Shown here: positions 60,263-64,000 of the stretch, one piece after another | Layout: every line of letters begins with the position of its first letter | Numbering within the stretch: the stretch's first letter is position 1 | Translations under genes and position numbers: made by a program | Assembly: GCA_028289135.1 (NCBI GenBank) | Contig: JAQGGW010000003.1 | Location: forward strand, 2,015 to 66,014 | Source: Candidatus Saccharimonadota bacterium | GTDB taxonomy: Bacteria; Patescibacteriota; Saccharimonadia; Saccharimonadales; JACDBH01 | Reading direction: 5' to 3' | DNA: 64,000 nt | The notes under the pieces: model-generated | Seen by the model: the letters and a program-made list of their open reading frames with translations, nothing else | What the model was told of the DNA's origin: nothing | Database searches by the model: none

Positions 60263-60300
60263 ATTATAGACTTTTAGCACTCGAGAATCAAGAGTGCCAG
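60263..60300 (-). promoter_or_regulatory. hrcA promoter embedded in a CIRCE operator
   Basis: CIRCE TTAGCACTC-N9-GAGTGCCAG at 60274-60300. On the minus strand TTGATT, inside the CIRCE spacer, is followed by N17 and TATAAT (60268-60263). Only 10 nt separate the -10 box from the ATG, so the transcript would be near-leaderless. Confidence 0.7.
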
Positions 60301-60301
60301 T

Positions 60302-60622
60302 TTAATTTCCGAATTCTATATAGCCGTCACCACCTGCCGCTGTATCGCCCTTAACAATCGTCACATGCGCCGGGTTGGTGATTTTACCATTTTCAGCTTC
60401 CACAATAATCCGCTGGCTATCAGCGGTAGACTGGTAAACTGCTGCAGGAATAAAGGCCGCTACAGCTAGCAGCCCTGTTAAAACAAAGGCGATAATAATA
60501 AACCGGTTCCGCTGCACAACATCTTCGTAATGCATTTCAAAATTTCCAGTAATAACAGCCGGCCGGTCAACATGGGCCTGATATTTGTCGGTGCGCTTAC
60601 GTAAGCGTCTTAATGTAGCCAT
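60302..60622 (-). CDS. hypothetical single-pass membrane protein
   Basis: 106 aa with TM helix FIIIAFVLTGLLAVAAFIPAAVY and a short extracytoplasmic tail ending GGDGYIEFGN. Confidence 0.5.
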   Translation of the reverse strand: MATLRRLRKRTDKYQAHVDRPAVITGNFEMHYEDVVQRNRFIIIAFVLTGLLAVAAFIPAAVYQSTADSQRIIVEAENGKITNPAHVTIVKGDTAAGGDGYIEFGN

Positions 60623-60655
60623 AAGCTGTATTATCCCACATTAGTACTATAACGA

Positions 60656-61408
60656 CTATGCTGCAGCTAAGAAGAGCTGTACATCGACCAAAAGCTGTTC
60701 GGCATGATCGCGGCCGAGCTGCTGTTTTTCGCCGTCAAGCTCGCGGCCATTGGCAATTTCGTCAACCGCTTGGGCGGCTTCGTGGATTTCGTGGTTAATA
60801 ACAAACTGGTAATAATCCTTTTTAAGCGCATCACTAATTTCGAGTACCGCGCTTTCTAGACGGCGCCTTAGCTCGGCCGTATCCACATCACCGCGGCGGC
60901 GGATTCTTTGCATCCATTTTTCAAAGCTAGGTGGGAGTAAAAATACACAGAGTGTATCCGGCTTATACATGTGATAGGTGGCAACTCCTTTATTCTCAAT
61001 TTCGCTAATTGCAATCTTGCCGGTTTTCATGGTGTCTTCGAGCCGGGTTATGTTTACGCCAGAAACCTGCTGTTGGTGAATGATAGCGGCTTCAAGGTAT
61101 TTGCCTTCTTTGAGCCCTGTTAAAAATTCTTCTTCATTAATAAACCAGTACTCCGCGCCGTCGCGCTCCATGACATTGTCATTCTTGCGTTTTTTGCGGG
61201 TAGTATCGGATACGACATAGTGGTAGCGGTCAGTCTGGGTAAGCAGCTTAATAAGCGTATTGCGACCGGCTGCAGTTGGACCAGCCAGGATCACAAGGTG
61301 AAGGTTGGCAAGCAGCTCAAGCGTTTTTTCACTTGGGCGATAGTCCTTTAATATATCCTCAAAATCACTCAAATAATGCAATAAAGGTTTTTGTGTTGAA
61401 GTTTCCAT
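60656..61408 (-). CDS. guanylate-kinase-like P-loop protein with atypical Walker A
   Basis: GPTAAGRNT (Arg where the Walker Lys is expected), SDTTRKKR and EYWFINEEEF. N- and C-terminal extensions, 250 aa. Confidence 0.65.
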   Translation of the reverse strand: METSTQKPLLHYLSDFEDILKDYRPSEKTLELLANLHLVILAGPTAAGRNTLIKLLTQTDRYHYVVSDTTRKKRKNDNVMERDGAEYWFINEEEFLTGLKEGKYLEAAIIHQQQVSGVNITRLEDTMKTGKIAISEIENKGVATYHMYKPDTLCVFLLPPSFEKWMQRIRRRGDVDTAELRRRLESAVLEISDALKKDYYQFVINHEIHEAAQAVDEIANGRELDGEKQQLGRDHAEQLLVDVQLFLAAA

Positions 61409-61470
61409 ATTAACCCTTATTTATAACAGATTTACTCCTGTAATACTAGTGTTTATGCTATTCTGGGAAT

Positions 61471-61932
61471 ATGAAACAAGCACCAGACTTTTCTTTGCCT
61501 GACCAAGACGGCGCTATGCACAGCCTAAAAGATTACACCGGGAAATGGCTGGTGGTGTATTTTTACCCCAAAGACGATACGCCTGGATGTACCAAAGAAG
61601 CCTGCAATTTCCGTGACGCGCGTGATGCCATTGCCGAGTATGGCAACGCCGAAGTTGTGGGGATTAGCAAAGACAATGTCCGCTCACACAAAAAATTTGC
61701 CGACAAACACAAGCTAAACTTTACGCTTTTAAGCGACCAAGACCACACCACCATCCAAGCATTTGGCGCATGGCAGCCAAAGAAGTTTATGGGCCGCGAA
61801 TTTATGGGCATAATGCGCAACACCTACCTTATTAATCCAGAAGGCAAAATCGCAAAGTCATACGAAAGTGTCACTCCAGAAAGCCATGCCGGCGAAATAA
61901 TCAGCGATCTTAAAGAGTTGCAAGCAGCCTAA
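61471..61932 (+). CDS. bcp: thioredoxin-dependent peroxiredoxin Bcp
   Basis: APDFSLPDQDG...VVYFYPKDDTPGCTKEAC. 153 aa. Confidence 0.92.
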   Translation: MKQAPDFSLPDQDGAMHSLKDYTGKWLVVYFYPKDDTPGCTKEACNFRDARDAIAEYGNAEVVGISKDNVRSHKKFADKHKLNFTLLSDQDHTTIQAFGAWQPKKFMGREFMGIMRNTYLINPEGKIAKSYESVTPESHAGEIISDLKELQAA

Positions 61933-62609
61933 AGCTCGATTTTGGTCAGCAGGTCAATAGCCACTTCGCGCGCACGTTCTTGGTAAGCAGGATCTTTTTC
62001 TTTGCCGTAGGCAATATTTTGGAACTCTTTGATCGCCATATTTAGGTCGTCATTAACTAAAAAGTTATAGCTCGGTTCACTCAACGCCAATTCTATCGAT
62101 TCTTTGGCTTCAATCAGGCGTTTTTTTACTTCGCCGTCATAGTTATTCTCTGCGCGGCGCATCCACTCGGTGTAGTTGGGCGGCAGGATATATATTGGCA
62201 CGATGCTATGAAATCCAAGGTTATTAAAAAGATTAAGCAAACTTGCAATTAAAGCCAGCGTGCAAAAACCCTCTTTAGGATAAGCGGTGGCTTTTGTGCC
62301 ATAAAACTCAAATGTTTGGCTAACATAATATTGGACAAATTCGCCGTTTTCCAGCTCTGCCCAAAGCTTGTCGTAGTCGGTCCGGAAGTTGTAGTCGACA
62401 CCGTCTTTTTCTTGCCTGCGCGGCTCACGCGTCACATCGCTCAGCACATATGGGATACCGCTGCTTTCCATGAGAGTTGTTTTGCCGGCACCAGTCGCGC
62501 CAACGGTCGCAATCAACTCCAGCTGCGCCAAATGCGCCTTTACCTCCGGGCTACAAGTGTAACGCGCGCTAAGCTCCCAAGCTTTTTGTATAAATGTTTG
62601 TTTATCCAT
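61929..62609 (-). CDS. guanylate-kinase-like P-loop protein (paralog of 60656-61408)
   Basis: GATGAGKTT, SDVTREPRRQEKDGVDYNF and FYGT. It shares the LPPxxxxWMxR and FLVND/FVINH C-terminal blocks with the paralog. The stop overlaps bcp convergently by 4 nt. Confidence 0.65.
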   Translation of the reverse strand: MDKQTFIQKAWELSARYTCSPEVKAHLAQLELIATVGATGAGKTTLMESSGIPYVLSDVTREPRRQEKDGVDYNFRTDYDKLWAELENGEFVQYYVSQTFEFYGTKATAYPKEGFCTLALIASLLNLFNNLGFHSIVPIYILPPNYTEWMRRAENNYDGEVKKRLIEAKESIELALSEPSYNFLVNDDLNMAIKEFQNIAYGKEKDPAYQERAREVAIDLLTKIEL

Positions 62610-62627
62610 TACCCTAATTATACCAAT

Positions 62628-64000
62628 TTAGTCGCGTTTTAGCATGACAGTAAATGCATCCGCAGGTATATCTACCTTCCCAAACCTCTTCATCCGCTCC
62701 TTACCCTTCTTCTGCTTGGCCAAAACTTTTTTCTTTCGTGAGACGTCTCCACCGTAAAGCCCAGTCGTAACGTCTTTTCTAAAGGCAGAAATGTCCGCGC
62801 GGGCAATAAATCTGCCGCCAATGCCGGCCTGTAGCGCCACCTGGAAGTTTTGGCGCGGAATGACTTCTTTTAGCTTTTCAACAGTTTCGCGGCCCAAGCG
62901 GTCGGCTTCGGTTTTGTGCGCCATAACGCTCAGCGCGTCCACCCGGTCACCGGCCACATAAAAGTCGACCCGCACTAACTGTTCGGCGCGGTAATCGTCC
63001 AGCTCATAGTTAAATGAACCGTAGCCGCTAGTGATGCTCTTAAGCTGGTCATAAAAATCGGTCAATAGGTTGGCCAGCGGCGCTTCAAAGCTCACCAGCG
63101 CCAACTGCGCGTCGACATAGCTAACGTTTTTCTGGAAGCCGCGGCTGTTAATAATCAGCTGGATCACCGCACCAACATAATCTTTTGGCGCGACGATTTC
63201 GCCTTTGATCCACGGCTCACGTATCTCGGCGATGCGGGCAACGTCTGGCAGATCGGCGGCGGATTTGATAATTGTTTCTTCGCCGTTTAACAGATGGATA
63301 TGATAATCGGTCGACGGGTTGGTAATGATAATATCGAGTGAATATTCACGTTCCAAACGCTCCTTAACGATGTCCATGTGGAGGAGGCCCAAAAAGCCAA
63401 CGCGGAAGCCAAAACCCAAAACTGGTGAACTTTCGGGTTCGTACACCAAAGCCGAATCGCTAAGCGATAGCTTTTCGATTGCGTCTTTTAGGACGTTGTA
63501 GTTTTCGTTGCTGTCCGGGAACAGGCCTGCGTACACAAATGGCCGGACGTCTTTGTAGCCTGGCAAGGCCTGGGTTGCAGGAGATTTGGAAAGCGTGACA
63601 GTGTCGCCGACTTTTGCTTCGCGGGTGCTTTTGAGGTTGGTTACAACGTAGCCAATTTCGCCGGCGTGGAGTTCTTTGGACGGTGACAAGTTAGGATTTA
63701 GGCTGCCGACTTCAAGCGCCAAGCCGTTCGAGTCAGCCGAGATCATATGGATATGGTCGCCCTTTGCAATCGTGCCGTCAAAAACACGGACATACAAAAT
63801 AACCCCGCGGTAATCGTCATAGTAGCTGTCAAAAATTAGCGCCCTGGTTGAAGCGTCGAGGGTGCCCCGCGGTGACGGCACCAGCTTAACAACCGACTCC
63901 AGCACCGTATCGACGCCCATGCCGGTTTTGGCACTAATGAGTAAAATATCTTCTTTTTTGCAGCCCAGCAGGCTGATTACTTCGGCACTGACCCGCTCCA
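62628..64000 (-). CDS. lepA: elongation factor 4 (LepA), C-terminal two thirds; N-terminus beyond the right edge
   Basis: The LepA-specific C-terminal domain is present (LDDYRAEQLVRVDFYVAGDRVDALS... KKKVLAKQKKGKERMKRFGKVDIP). The frame stays open to position 64000. Confidence 0.93.
   Translation of the reverse strand, partial: ERVSAEVISLLGCKKEDILLISAKTGMGVDTVLESVVKLVPSPRGTLDASTRALIFDSYYDDYRGVILYVRVFDGTIAKGDHIHMISADSNGLALEVGSLNPNLSPSKELHAGEIGYVVTNLKSTREAKVGDTVTLSKSPATQALPGYKDVRPFVYAGLFPDSNENYNVLKDAIEKLSLSDSALVYEPESSPVLGFGFRVGFLGLLHMDIVKERLEREYSLDIIITNPSTDYHIHLLNGEETIIKSAADLPDVARIAEIREPWIKGEIVAPKDYVGAVIQLIINSRGFQKNVSYVDAQLALVSFEAPLANLLTDFYDQLKSITSGYGSFNYELDDYRAEQLVRVDFYVAGDRVDALSVMAHKTEADRLGRETVEKLKEVIPRQNFQVALQAGIGGRFIARADISAFRKDVTTGLYGGDVSRKKKVLAKQKKGKERMKRFGKVDIPADAFTVMLKRD

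Overview
Gene-dense 64-kb bacterial window with about 75 protein genes on both strands, 7 tRNA genes that all encode CCA, and no rRNA or CRISPR. The content points to a reduced, monoderm, CPR/Saccharibacteria-like genome, which is an inference from gene content only. Supporting signs are a secretin-less type IV pilus locus with tandem pilins, short TsaB and HrcA, ComEC without a beta-lactamase domain, many NUDIX, aldo/keto reductase and small membrane proteins, and nuclease genes beside tRNAs.

Recognisable blocks:
- murB, glyA and an HTH-murA fusion
- marR plus an MFS efflux gene
- a PAS histidine kinase
- a P1B-type ATPase
- a UbiB-like kinase
- rny, histidine phosphatase, CYTH and ymdB
- tsaB and tsaE
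- recA, NUDIX, a membrane protein and recX
- pilB, pilC, two pilins, pilM, pilN and pilO
- yebC, ruvC, ruvA, an aldo/keto reductase and ruvB
- comEC and def
- a two-ligase ATP-grasp/DUF192 operon
- a CIRCE-controlled hrcA-grpE-dnaK / dnaJ regulon
- bcp flanked by two guanylate-kinase-like paralogs
- lepA, partial at the right edge

Observations most worth follow-up:
1. Two homologous long-hairpin elements at 6.4 kb and 37.9 kb.
2. Footprints of mosaicism in the pilus locus: a 190-nt element with terminal inverted repeats between pilB and pilC, a second copy of the pilC 3' end differing only at synonymous sites, and patchwork identity between the two pilins.
3. A half tRNA-Lys carrying a structured 86-nt insertion just upstream of the intact tRNA-Lys, downstream of the one promoter-like sequence.
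4. Tandem units with a covarying hairpin and tRNA T-arm-like tails after the tRNA-Gly/Arg pair.
5. An uncharacterised ATP-grasp + RimK + DUF192 + membrane-protein operon with a repeated operator-like motif.
6. Small unknown ORFs, two of them AT-rich, wedged into the heat-shock operon.
7. An RNA-end-metabolism style operon around RNase Y.

All calls come from reading the sequence and the supplied ORF translations. No database search was run.
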